Below are positions 54,058-62,965 of a DNA stretch of 64,000 nt, in pieces. The position numbers and the translations under genes were made by a program. Position 1 is the stretch's first letter. The number at the start of each line of letters is the position of its first letter. The notes under the pieces are model-generated. The model worked only from the letters and a program-made list of their open reading frames with translations. It did no database searches and was not told the origin of the DNA. The stretch spans positions 118,776-182,775 of the forward strand of contig JAFTDF010000004.1 of the NCBI GenBank assembly GCA_017454295.1, written 5' to 3'. The DNA comes from Bacilli bacterium. GTDB lineage: Bacteria; Bacillota_I; Bacilli_A; RFN20; CAG-826.

Positions 54058-55140
54058 ATGAAAACGAAATTCCACATTGATGTGCTTGATCTCTTGCGTT
54101 TCCTCGCAACAATGTTCGTTTTTTGTTTGCATGGGCGCGGTTTCGTTCCTGAATTGAATCAGCGGACCGACACATGGATTGGACGTTATTTCTACCTGCC
54201 TGCTTGGGCAGGTGTCTGGATTTTTCTTTTTCTTTCGGGGTTTTTGTTCGCCCTCGCCATGCAAAACAACCGATACGGAATCTTGAATGAAAAGGGCGGC
54301 ATCAATTTCAAAAATCTTGGTTGGTTCTATCTCTCGCGCCTCATTCGTTTTGGAGGGCTCTATTTCTTCTACCTTCTTCTGTTTGAGTTGTTCAGCCGCG
54401 GTGGGTTTATCATTTCTAATCCCCAAGTTGGATTAAGAGTGATTTTCTTCTGTTTTGACGGTAATGGCGGAGTCTCGGAAACCGGCCATCTTTGGTATAT
54501 CTCCACCGCTATTCAACTCTACGTTTTGATGCCTTTCATCTATTTCGGATTCCACCACCTTGCAAAAAAGTGGCCCAAGACCCCTTTATTAGCCTTTTTT
54601 GTTATAATGGCGCTTGGGTTTGCTTGGCGCGTTGGAACCAAAGACGCCGATATTGATTGGTACACTTGGATTTATGCCTTCTCCTTATCAAATCTCGATT
54701 TGGTGTGTTGCGGAATGCTGTTAGCATTCCTGCTTCCTGCGTTCTCGGCCTCAAAGGTACACAAGATTCTTTCTGCCCTCTTGTTTACAGGGCTTGTCGT
54801 TTATAACTCCTATATTTATGCAATCGGCGATTTATATATCTACCAACGCGTTTTGCCCTCGGCTTACCTTTTGCTTTGTTCTTATCTCGTCCTCGCTTTC
54901 TATAAACCGGTACGTGGAACCGGATTCTTCGCTTTCTTTAGTAAATATTCCTATGGTTTCTATATTTTTCACGTCGCTTGCTTCCACTTGGCTTCGGCGA
55001 TTCTACTAAAGACTGGTTGGGGTCTCGGACCTTATGGCGCAACGGTTTTTGTTTATCTATTAGCTTTTAGCTTTGCTCTGGGGGTTTCTTATTTCTGCAC
55101 AAAATACATCCGTTTCCCAAACATTAGGAGGTCGGCCTAA
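54058..55140 (+). CDS. acyltransferase family 3 (OatA-like O-acyltransferase) membrane protein
   Basis: 10 TM helices; N-terminal FDLLRFLATMFVFCLHG motif. Confidence 0.8.
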   Translation: MKTKFHIDVLDLLRFLATMFVFCLHGRGFVPELNQRTDTWIGRYFYLPAWAGVWIFLFLSGFLFALAMQNNRYGILNEKGGINFKNLGWFYLSRLIRFGGLYFFYLLLFELFSRGGFIISNPQVGLRVIFFCFDGNGGVSETGHLWYISTAIQLYVLMPFIYFGFHHLAKKWPKTPLLAFFVIMALGFAWRVGTKDADIDWYTWIYAFSLSNLDLVCCGMLLAFLLPAFSASKVHKILSALLFTGLVVYNSYIYAIGDLYIYQRVLPSAYLLLCSYLVLAFYKPVRGTGFFAFFSKYSYGFYIFHVACFHLASAILLKTGWGLGPYGATVFVYLLAFSFALGVSYFCTKYIRFPNIRRSA

Positions 55141-56084
55141 TGAACCTGGCAGTTTGGACTTGTTTTGCTTTGTTGCTCACCGGCTTGCCACGGCCCCTTC
55201 CTCTCGGCCAGTCCTCCGAGCACGGCACTAAGGACAATCCCTATATCATTTCCTCCGCTGCAGATTTAACGGATTTAGCCAAAGCGGTGAATGAAGAAGG
55301 GCGTTCTTTTCGCAACCAATGGTTCGTCCAAAGTTCCGATATCGATTTAGCTGGAGTCGACTTCATCCCCATCGGTACTTTTGATTCCCAGGCCCATTTT
55401 GAAGGTATTTACGATGGCGACGGCCACGTTCTGAAAAATCTTTCTATTAACCGCGTAGATAACGCCGGCTTATTCGGCGCTCTTGGCGGCGTAGTGATGA
55501 ACCTTGGCATCGAAAGCGGCAACATACATGGGGCTTGCACAGGTGCGTTTAGTTCTCACTCTTCTTCCTCCGATGCCTTAATTTTTAATTGTTATAACAA
55601 GGCAAACGTCAGCGGTGGACGGGCTGGCGGTATCGCCGATAACTTCAATGGAACGATTCTATCCTGCTATTCCGATTGCGTTTTATCTGGTGGAGAAATC
55701 GGTGGACTCGTTTCTTACGCGGCAGCGCGAATTTCTTTTTCCTTTTGCGCCAACAACGAGCCGTTCCCCCCTGGTGTCAACATCGGCCAAAATTGCTATC
55801 GCGTCGCTACGGAGGAAAGCAGCCAAACTGCCGAAAAGCTGAATCAGAGTCTTTATTCTGTTTCCACGCACGGTTTAGCTTTCTCCAACGCCAATACTTG
55901 GATTTCCGAAGCGGGTGAATTAAAACAAAAGGGGAAAGCCCAGTTTGATCTTTGGCGCTACCTAGGAGCTAATTGGCTCAACCTTTTGCCCTATGGCTTT
56001 GCCTTCCTTTCTATCAGCGGCATCTGCGTTGGCTGGGGCATCGGTGTCAACAAAGCTAAAAAGAAAGCGCAAAACGAGGAGTAA
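55140..56084 (+). CDS. exported GLUG-motif protein with a C-terminal TM anchor
   Basis: Signal peptide, repeated G-L/I-x-G motifs (AGLFGALGGVVMNLG, RAGGIADNFNGTI) and a C-terminal TM plus KKAQNEE. AGGAGG ribosome-binding site. Confidence 0.55.
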   Translation: MNLAVWTCFALLLTGLPRPLPLGQSSEHGTKDNPYIISSAADLTDLAKAVNEEGRSFRNQWFVQSSDIDLAGVDFIPIGTFDSQAHFEGIYDGDGHVLKNLSINRVDNAGLFGALGGVVMNLGIESGNIHGACTGAFSSHSSSSDALIFNCYNKANVSGGRAGGIADNFNGTILSCYSDCVLSGGEIGGLVSYAAARISFSFCANNEPFPPGVNIGQNCYRVATEESSQTAEKLNQSLYSVSTHGLAFSNANTWISEAGELKQKGKAQFDLWRYLGANWLNLLPYGFAFLSISGICVGWGIGVNKAKKKAQNEE

Positions 56085-56091
56085 GATAAAC

Positions 56092-57258
56092 ATGATGAAC
56101 TCCACCAAACGACTAGACTATCCCGACATTTTCAAAGGCATCGCCATTTTGCTGATGGTAATCGGCCATTGCGGAGGCGACAACTGGTTTGTTGGTTTTG
56201 TCTACGGGTTTCATATGCCCGCCTTCTTCTTCATCACCGGCTTCCTCACCGATTTCAAGAAAGGAACGACGGCTTCGTTCGCGGTCAAGCGTTTCCTCAC
56301 CTTGCTCGTTCCGTTCTTTTTCATCTGTTTCCTATTCCTTTCGATCAAATCCTTGTTACTGTTGATTCCCGGATATGTCTCCCCGTTTGGATGGCAAGAC
56401 ATTTCTTATGGCGATGCTTTACGGCTGCTTTTTACCAGAGGGGACGCCTATAGCCAACCCTTGGGTGCGATGTGGTTCCTTCCGGCTTTATTCTTTGCTT
56501 CCCTGATCATAAAGTTTTTGGTAAAGGCGTGCGAAGGGAAACGATGGCTGGTGTTCATCTTCTCTTCGATTCTTTGTGCGTTAGGGTTCTATTTGATTTC
56601 CATCGAATATGCCGATTTTATTTGGTTGCTTCGCCCCAAGCACGTCCTCATCGCCCAATACTTCATTTGCCTTGGTTGGCTCGTTGGGCAGTCACCATTA
56701 ACCCGCAAGTTCCTAAATAAAGAGCACATCTGGGTTCCGGCAATCTGCTTTGCCGTGACGTTCACGCTCTCTTTGCTTCTCTCTTTGGTTGGCCATTACC
56801 GCCTAGATATGTCCGAATGCTTCTATCCGAAACCGACCTGGCTTGTCCTCGTGTCTCCTTTATCGGGGTCGTTGATGCTTCTATCCTTGTCCGTTTTGAT
56901 TTCGGCACTTCCAAAATACGTGGCCAAGCCTTTCGTTTCTCTAGGCAGGGCAAGCCTGGCCATTATGGTGTTCCACTTCCTTGGTATGAAGTTATTCGGT
57001 TTGTTTTTGGTCGGCATCGGTCACTATGAATACCAAGCGATCTTCCCGGTCGTACCGCCCGATGGAGCGCTAGGCATTGTCCGTTTCGCGTATGTGGTAT
57101 TGTCGATTGCGTTCTCAATTGGCCTTTACGAAGGATTACGAAGGATTCCGGTGGCCAATGCTTTGTTCGGGTTAAATCCCCGATACGCGAATATCGTCGG
57201 CGAAAAAGTCGAAAACAAAATCATCAATCTTACAAAGGAACCGGATTCCGGGATTTAA
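56092..57258 (+). CDS. acyltransferase family 3 membrane protein (second copy)
   Basis: YPDIFKGIAILLMVIGHCGG motif; GAGGAG ribosome-binding site. Start at an internal ATG. Confidence 0.8.
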   Translation: MMNSTKRLDYPDIFKGIAILLMVIGHCGGDNWFVGFVYGFHMPAFFFITGFLTDFKKGTTASFAVKRFLTLLVPFFFICFLFLSIKSLLLLIPGYVSPFGWQDISYGDALRLLFTRGDAYSQPLGAMWFLPALFFASLIIKFLVKACEGKRWLVFIFSSILCALGFYLISIEYADFIWLLRPKHVLIAQYFICLGWLVGQSPLTRKFLNKEHIWVPAICFAVTFTLSLLLSLVGHYRLDMSECFYPKPTWLVLVSPLSGSLMLLSLSVLISALPKYVAKPFVSLGRASLAIMVFHFLGMKLFGLFLVGIGHYEYQAIFPVVPPDGALGIVRFAYVVLSIAFSIGLYEGLRRIPVANALFGLNPRYANIVGEKVENKIINLTKEPDSGI

Positions 57259-58193
57259 TCTTTTTTCGCTTTTTTGCGGCAAGCCATCACGGTGATAACG
57301 ATTGCCGTGGCCACCAAAGCAAGGTAAGGAAGCAAAGGCACAAGCCACATTTTCAAGAACGTGAAGAAACGGAAACCCATTTTTTCTGTTTGGCCAAACA
57401 CCCCGTTTTCATAGGCCCAGCCATTGGTGGCGGCACGGGAAATCAGGTTCCCAACGCCTTCGTAAGAGTAACGGTTTAGCGAATTGGCGACGGATTCGTC
57501 CAGATAAAGGACTTGTTCGCAATCCATAAGGTCCTTTTGTCCCGCCGGAAACGGGGAGAAAGTCGCATAACAATGGGACGCGGAAAAAACGCTATACGAG
57601 CAAATACCTCCCCTTGCTTCGGTGCCGAGCAAAAAGCAATCGGACGCGCAGCAAATGATGGCACCGTTAAAATTATCGGCGATTCCCCCGGTACGGAGGC
57701 CGTCTAGGCGATTATTCAGAGCGTAGCAATTGAAAACCACCGCATCGATAGAGGCGGAATGGCTTGTAATGGATCCCGCGCAGGAGCCGGAAATAAAGGA
57801 ATCGATGACACCCAAATTCATGCAGATCCCGCCTAATTGCCCGAAAAAACCGCCAAAACCCGCTCGATCGACGTTCATGTGTGAAATGGTATGCCCGTCA
57901 CCATCATAAACGCCGAGGAAATAGGAAGCAGAGTCTTCTAATCCGACGGGCACCCATTCATCGTTTTCCAAATCAATGTCGTTGGTTTGCCGAAAAACCC
58001 TGCCTTCAAAGCCCTCTCCATCGTTCACTAAGTCAGCAAAGGTAAACAAGTCTTCCTTCGTCGCTATTAGGTAAGGATTCTCCGCCGTCCCTTCACCGGA
58101 AAAAGGCGTCGATGAAGACGGGGCGAAAGGAGACGTTCCGGCTGAACAAGAGACCAAGAAGAAGAGCAATACAAGGCTACGCAGCGATTTCAT
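57255..58193 (-). CDS. GLUG-motif lipoprotein with a C-terminal TM anchor (paralogue of 55140..56084)
   Basis: Lipobox LVSC. Collinear with the paralogue through NPYLI..DL...A.LVN, DIDL, YDGDGH, RAG.GG.FG.LGG..MNLG. GAGGAAAG ribosome-binding site. Confidence 0.55.
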   Translation of the reverse strand: MKSLRSLVLLFFLVSCSAGTSPFAPSSSTPFSGEGTAENPYLIATKEDLFTFADLVNDGEGFEGRVFRQTNDIDLENDEWVPVGLEDSASYFLGVYDGDGHTISHMNVDRAGFGGFFGQLGGICMNLGVIDSFISGSCAGSITSHSASIDAVVFNCYALNNRLDGLRTGGIADNFNGAIICCASDCFLLGTEARGGICSYSVFSASHCYATFSPFPAGQKDLMDCEQVLYLDESVANSLNRYSYEGVGNLISRAATNGWAYENGVFGQTEKMGFRFFTFLKMWLVPLLPYLALVATAIVITVMACRKKAKKD

Positions 58194-59442
58194 GTTCTTT
58201 CCTCTTTGAAATACGTTGCGAAATCGCCTGCCCATAAGCGGAAGCAAGCATGACGATGATCGAGCAATTGATAAGTAACGTTCCGTGATCGATGGCTCCG
58301 GGACGGTAGCGGGAATAATTGAACACAGCCGGTAGCGCCATCGGCGTCAGGATCAGGAGTAGGCAAATGAAGGGCAATACATTGGTCCAATTCAGTTTTG
58401 GTTCTTCCTTTAACAAATAAAGCAAAGGGACGACGAAGAAAATCAACGTATACGTGTAGGAGAAAGTAGGAACCCAAATGCAAAGCATGACCAAGGAAAG
58501 GGTTCGTTGATAATCGGTTTCCGCCAAGAAGAACAACGGCAACGTGAAAACGGCGGCGACGATACCAGCCACGAGCGGCGTTATGACGATGGTTCCACCG
58601 CTTAATTCGGCAGCGATGGAAAAGAGGTTCAGGAATGAGAACCCATGGGCCGAACCCAAATTCGTCAAAGCCTGATATTCGCCTAGTTCGCGGATATAAT
58701 CCATCATCCGAACGAAATCCCCTAAGCCATGGAAAGCGAAGAAAGGAAGGAAAAACACCAAAACCCCAAGGACGGCTAGCAGTCCTGCTTCCCAAAACCG
58801 CTTTTTTAAAAGCACCAATAAGCCAAATACGGCAGGATAGATTTTCAAAGCGGCCGAAACGGCCAAGCAGAAATAAGCGACGATGCGCAAAGGAAGCTTT
58901 TCGGAATCGTAGAGCAAAAGGAAGGATAAGAGGAACACCAACGCCAGGATAATGAAATTGCCACGCTCCAAAGCAAAAAGGAACGGGCCCGAGAAAACAA
59001 AAGCCGTAGCGAAGAGATATTTCCCTTTATGCCCTTTGGGGGAAAAAGCGAGGATACATAGAAACGCTCCGAGAATACAAACCAAAATAAAGAACAAAAA
59101 CCCGATTCCGGCCGGGGTATATTCCCGCAAGGAATAGGAATCGATAATCACATAATCTCCAGGAATGAGTCGATAAAGGAAAGAAAAGATCAGCAAGATG
59201 AGAGGCGGGTAATTCGATTTAAAGGAATAGGGATCTCCGTTCACCACCCGGGGCAGGATGTTGAAATAGTCCATGAATAGGTCGTGATAATCCCGTGAGA
59301 AATAGGATTCCATGGCCAATCCATGGGTCGCTAGCACAATGATCCAATAAATAACCCCAAGGGCGATCAAAGACAAAGCAAAGAGGAACGAGGTGTCGCT
59401 TTCGAGGAAAAAGGCTTTCGTCTTTTCGAGGAAGCGGTGCAT
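58177..59442 (-). CDS. DUF2029/GT87-like polytopic membrane glycosyltransferase candidate
   Basis: ALERGNFIIL, KIYPAVF, LLKKRF motifs. AAGAGGA ribosome-binding site before the ATG. Confidence 0.55.
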   Translation of the reverse strand: MHRFLEKTKAFFLESDTSFLFALSLIALGVIYWIIVLATHGLAMESYFSRDYHDLFMDYFNILPRVVNGDPYSFKSNYPPLILLIFSFLYRLIPGDYVIIDSYSLREYTPAGIGFLFFILVCILGAFLCILAFSPKGHKGKYLFATAFVFSGPFLFALERGNFIILALVFLLSFLLLYDSEKLPLRIVAYFCLAVSAALKIYPAVFGLLVLLKKRFWEAGLLAVLGVLVFFLPFFAFHGLGDFVRMMDYIRELGEYQALTNLGSAHGFSFLNLFSIAAELSGGTIVITPLVAGIVAAVFTLPLFFLAETDYQRTLSLVMLCIWVPTFSYTYTLIFFVVPLLYLLKEEPKLNWTNVLPFICLLLILTPMALPAVFNYSRYRPGAIDHGTLLINCSIIVMLASAYGQAISQRISKRKEHEIAA

Positions 59443-59444
59443 GA

Positions 59445-60599
59445 TCAAATCCTCTTAATAAAACGTTCCAATCTCTCGATGCCATCAGCCAATTCTTCGA
59501 CGGCCGAAGCATAGGAGACGCGGATAAAGCCTTCCCCGCTATCGCCAAAGGCGTTCCCGGGGACGACAATCAGTTTTTCTTGTTCCAAAAGCTCTAAGCA
59601 GAATTGCTCGGAAGACTTTCCGTAATTCCCGATATAAGGGAAAAGATAGAAAGCGCCTTTGGGTTCAAAGCAAGGAATCCCGATGCGTTTAAATTCGCCT
59701 AGCATGAATTTACGGCGATCGTCATAATCCTCGCGCATCGCCACCACATCATTTTGGCCGTGGCGTAATGCCTCCAAGGCCGCATATTGGGCAGGGGTGG
59801 GCGCGCACATGATGACGTATTGATGGATTTTGATCATTTGTTTCATGATCGAAGCCGGTGCCAAAGTGTATCCCAAACGCCAACCAGTCATGGAAAAGGC
59901 CTTGGAAAAACCGTTGACGTAGATACACCGCTCTTTCATGCCCGGGAAAGAGGCGATCGAAACATGATTGCTTCCATAGGTAAGCTCGGAATAGATCTCG
60001 TCGGTAATCACCAAAAGGTCATGCTCGATGAGAATGGGCACGATCGCTTCAAGATCGGCTTTCTCCATAATGGCCCCAGTAGGGTTATTGGGGTAATTCA
60101 AAATGATGGCTTTGGTTTTCGGGGTGATGGCGGCTTCAAGTTCGGCGGGGGTTAAACGGAATTCGTTTTTCGCTTGTAAAGGGATCGTCTTCACAATCCC
60201 ACCCACCATGGTGACTTCGGCCGGATAGGCGACATAGGAAGGCTGGGGAATAATCACTTCGTCTCCCGGCTCGATGCAAGCCCGAATCGCCAAATCGATG
60301 GCTTCGGAGCCGCCCACGGTTACCAGTACTTCGTTATCTTCGTAGTCCAAACCGTATTTCTTTTTGACCCAGGAACGAATTTCCTGGCGTAAGGCAGGCA
60401 TGCCTTGGTTGGATGTATAGAACGTATTCCCTTCGATCAAAGAACGGCTCCCCGCTTCGGTAATGTGGGCAGGGGTATCGTAATCAGGTTCCCCCACTCC
60501 TAAGGAAATGCATCCTTCGATCGTGGAAGCGAGGTCGAAGAACTTGCGGATGCCGGAAGGCTTAATGCCACGGATAACCTTGCTGGTGAAGTCTTTCAT
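59445..60599 (-). CDS. class I/II PLP-dependent aminotransferase (aspartate-aminotransferase-like)
   Basis: PLP-lysine motif NGFSKAFSMTGWRLGY. Start set at MKDFTSKVIRGIKPSGIR. The upstream track extension covers a TATAAT box. Confidence 0.75.
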   Translation of the reverse strand: MKDFTSKVIRGIKPSGIRKFFDLASTIEGCISLGVGEPDYDTPAHITEAGSRSLIEGNTFYTSNQGMPALRQEIRSWVKKKYGLDYEDNEVLVTVGGSEAIDLAIRACIEPGDEVIIPQPSYVAYPAEVTMVGGIVKTIPLQAKNEFRLTPAELEAAITPKTKAIILNYPNNPTGAIMEKADLEAIVPILIEHDLLVITDEIYSELTYGSNHVSIASFPGMKERCIYVNGFSKAFSMTGWRLGYTLAPASIMKQMIKIHQYVIMCAPTPAQYAALEALRHGQNDVVAMREDYDDRRKFMLGEFKRIGIPCFEPKGAFYLFPYIGNYGKSSEQFCLELLEQEKLIVVPGNAFGDSGEGFIRVSYASAVEELADGIERLERFIKRI

Positions 60600-60687
60600 A
60601 AGTGTAACGTTGAGATTATATCTCATTCCGAAGATAACAAGTGGAAATCTTCAATTTGGGGAGAATGCGCTTCATTGGTCTTTAAAG

Positions 60688-60740
60688 TTTTATACTTTGT
60701 ATAAAAACATTTTTGCCACGGTGAGGCAAAAATCTTTTGA
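60688..60740 (+). repeat. repeat unit copy 1: palindrome TTTTATAC-ttt-GTATAAAA plus the TTTTGCC...GGCAAAA dyad; a decayed copy of a yhcG internal segment
   Basis: About 80% identical at DNA level to 61460..61515 inside yhcG. Confidence 0.6.
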
Positions 60741-60796
60741 GTGGAGTCCATGAGGCGTTAAATGGCGGTGTCTAATGAGCCGCCGTTGATAAGGAC

Positions 60797-60818
60797 GTCC
60801 CCTAAAGGGGAGATTTTT
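60797..60818 (+). terminator. orphan plus-strand intrinsic terminator (TCCCCT-aa-AGGGGA then GATTTTTT)
   Basis: Seen directly. No intact plus-strand gene lies upstream. Confidence 0.4.
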
Positions 60819-60947
60819 TACGCAGTGAGTAAAATATCTTCCACGCTTTGGCGTTTGCCAACAAACACTTTGATTGAATGACGGCTCCACAAGCCAAAGC
60901 AAAAAGTGAATCCATGGATGTTCTTTCAAAACTTATCAATAATTTTT

Positions 60948-61000
60948 CTTTATACATAGTATAAAGAGATATTCTCATCACTGACGAGAAAATCTTTCTT
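60948..61000 (+). repeat. repeat unit copy 2 (CTTTATAC-ata-GTATAAAG plus the TTCTCATCA...ACGAGAA dyad)
   Basis: Same architecture as copies 1, 3 and 4. Confidence 0.55.
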
Positions 61001-61060
61001 CACATGAGTTCTTAACGTGCATTTTGTTTTTGTGGTTCGTAGTCCAAGATAATGCGTTTT

Positions 61061-61115
61061 CTTTATACTAGGTATAAAGAGATTGTGTCCTCGGTGAGGC
61101 AACAATCTTTTCTTT
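61061..61115 (+). repeat. repeat unit copy 3 (CTTTATAC-tag-GTATAAAG plus a degenerate dyad)
   Basis: Same architecture; lies 113 nt after copy 2. Confidence 0.55.
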
Positions 61116-61177
61116 GAATCTTTTTTCTCAAAACGCAGTCCTTCCTACGTATAAGAATGTAGGAGCAGTTCTACGCA

Positions 61178-62254
61178 ATGAAAGAACTAACGAATCTAAA
61201 TTTCGACATCAAAGAAACGGATCAAATACTGGATGACGTAAGCGCGATCATCCAGCAAAGCCAAACGATTGCTTATCGGGCAATCGATTATGTGCTGCTG
61301 CGCCGCAACTGGCTAATCGGCAAGCGCATCCATGAAGAAGAACTAAAAGAAACGAGAAAAGAAAACTATGGATTGAAAATTATCAAGACTCTTTCCGAGG
61401 AGTTAACCATAAGATTTGGAAAAGGGTTCAACCAGTTTTCGCTCTATCGATGTTTGAAATTTTATACCTTGTATAAAAACATTTTCACTACACTGTCGCA
61501 AAAATCTTTATTGAGCTGGAGTCATTATGCTTTGCTGATAAAAATAAGCGATTCTCAAGCCCGGGAATGGTACGAGAAACAGGCTCTGGAATCCTCCTGG
61601 AGCGTCCGTACCCTCCAACGGAACATCGAAACCCAATACTACTATCGCATCCTTGCTTCGCAAAACAAACAGCCGATCATCCAAGAAATGCAGCAAAAGA
61701 CCTCCGACCCACGCCTTAACAAGCTCGAACACATCAAGAATCCCGTTATCTTAGAATTCCTCGGTCTATCCCCAAACGATTCTTTGTTGGAAAGCACTTT
61801 GGAATCCGCGATCATCTCCAATCTGCGGAAAATGCTCTTGGAGCTTGGCAAAGGATATGCCTTTGTCGGGCGGCAATACCGAATCCAAACAGAAGCGAGG
61901 GATTACTATGTCGACCTTGTCTTTTACAACTATATTCTCAAATGCTTTGTACTCATCGATTTGAAAGTGGGAAGAATTGAGCATCAAGATGTGGGCCAGA
62001 TGGATATGTATGTCCGAATGTTCGATAAACTCATTAAATCCGAAAGCGACAATCCCACATTAGGCATCGTCCTTTGCTCCGAGACCGATGCCGATATCGC
62101 CCGTTATTCGATTCTGGAAGGCAACGAGCGATTATTTGCCAGCAAATACAAACTCTACTTACCAAATGAAGGGACGTTAAAAGCGGAAATCGAATATCAA
62201 AAAGAACTCTACTACCTCACGCACGAAGATGAACAAACCGAGGAAACGAAATGA
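61178..62254 (+). CDS. yhcG: YhcG-family (DUF1016) PD-(D/E)xK nuclease-like protein
   Basis: 358 aa. The C-terminal restriction-endonuclease-like core is YYVDLVFYNYILKCFVLIDLKVGRIEHQDVGQMDMYV. Repeat copy 4 lies at 61460..61515 inside the N-terminal domain. Confidence 0.7.
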   Translation: MKELTNLNFDIKETDQILDDVSAIIQQSQTIAYRAIDYVLLRRNWLIGKRIHEEELKETRKENYGLKIIKTLSEELTIRFGKGFNQFSLYRCLKFYTLYKNIFTTLSQKSLLSWSHYALLIKISDSQAREWYEKQALESSWSVRTLQRNIETQYYYRILASQNKQPIIQEMQQKTSDPRLNKLEHIKNPVILEFLGLSPNDSLLESTLESAIISNLRKMLLELGKGYAFVGRQYRIQTEARDYYVDLVFYNYILKCFVLIDLKVGRIEHQDVGQMDMYVRMFDKLIKSESDNPTLGIVLCSETDADIARYSILEGNERLFASKYKLYLPNEGTLKAEIEYQKELYYLTHEDEQTEETK

Positions 62255-62285
62255 ATGCCAAATGCATATGAAATAGTGAGATTTG

Positions 62286-62312
62286 CAAAAAAGAAAACCC
62301 GGCAACGCCGGG
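62286..62312 (-). terminator. intrinsic terminator after the DUF308-like gene (CCCGGC-gtt-GCCGGG then TTTTCTTTTTTG on the minus strand)
   Basis: Seen directly. Confidence 0.55.
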
Positions 62313-62333
62313 AATCTTTCGAAATCGAGTAAC

Positions 62334-62861
62334 TTATTTCTTTTGGAGCTTCTTCGGATCGACGAAGGCCAAGACGACCACGACGACACCAAGGGCGATC
62401 ATGACGCCACCAACGATGTACCAGAAGACTTTCTGGAAATCGGGGATGCCAAGATACAACGCCGTGAAGAGCACAAGCAACGCCCCAATCACGAGAAGGC
62501 CAATGCCATAAACCGGCGCCTTCTTCACGATGGCGTAGATGCCAAGGGCAGCCAAACCAAAGCCAAGGCCCATGATGATGAAAATCATCAAGCCGATAAG
62601 CATGGCGAAGCTAAGCTTCTGAGCAAACAAAGCAACGGCCACGGTGATTAGGATTGACGCCATGATGACAAAGCCGACCGGCAAGGGCATCTTCTTCGAG
62701 ATGGCATAGCCAGCGAAGCAAAGCAATAAAAGCCCCGCGACGAGCGAAACGACGCCGAAATAGATATCCACGGTCGTTCCGACACCGCAAACGATCACCA
62801 AAATGCCAAGGACGGCAAGGAAGATGCCTTCGATTACGGTGCTGAGTTTCTTATTATCCAT
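62334..62861 (-). CDS. small integral membrane protein (HdeD/DUF308-like, 6 TM)
   Basis: 175 aa, almost entirely hydrophobic helices. KKLQKK tail. Confidence 0.55.
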   Translation of the reverse strand: MDNKKLSTVIEGIFLAVLGILVIVCGVGTTVDIYFGVVSLVAGLLLLCFAGYAISKKMPLPVGFVIMASILITVAVALFAQKLSFAMLIGLMIFIIMGLGFGLAALGIYAIVKKAPVYGIGLLVIGALLVLFTALYLGIPDFQKVFWYIVGGVMIALGVVVVVLAFVDPKKLQKK

Positions 62862-62965
62862 GGTTGATTCTCCTTTCTTGCGGGCAAGATTATATCACTA
62901 TCTTTGATAGTTGCGGCGCCTTTCTTAGACTTTCCTGCGAATTGGGAAAAGAAGATAATTGGGAT

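Noticed and set aside
60508-60753. 81-aa plus-strand ORF overlapping the aminotransferase 5-prime end
   Set aside because: Its first half is antisense to the aminotransferase. Only its last 26 codons resemble YhcG, and this is explained as a repeat or pseudogene fragment rather than a gene.
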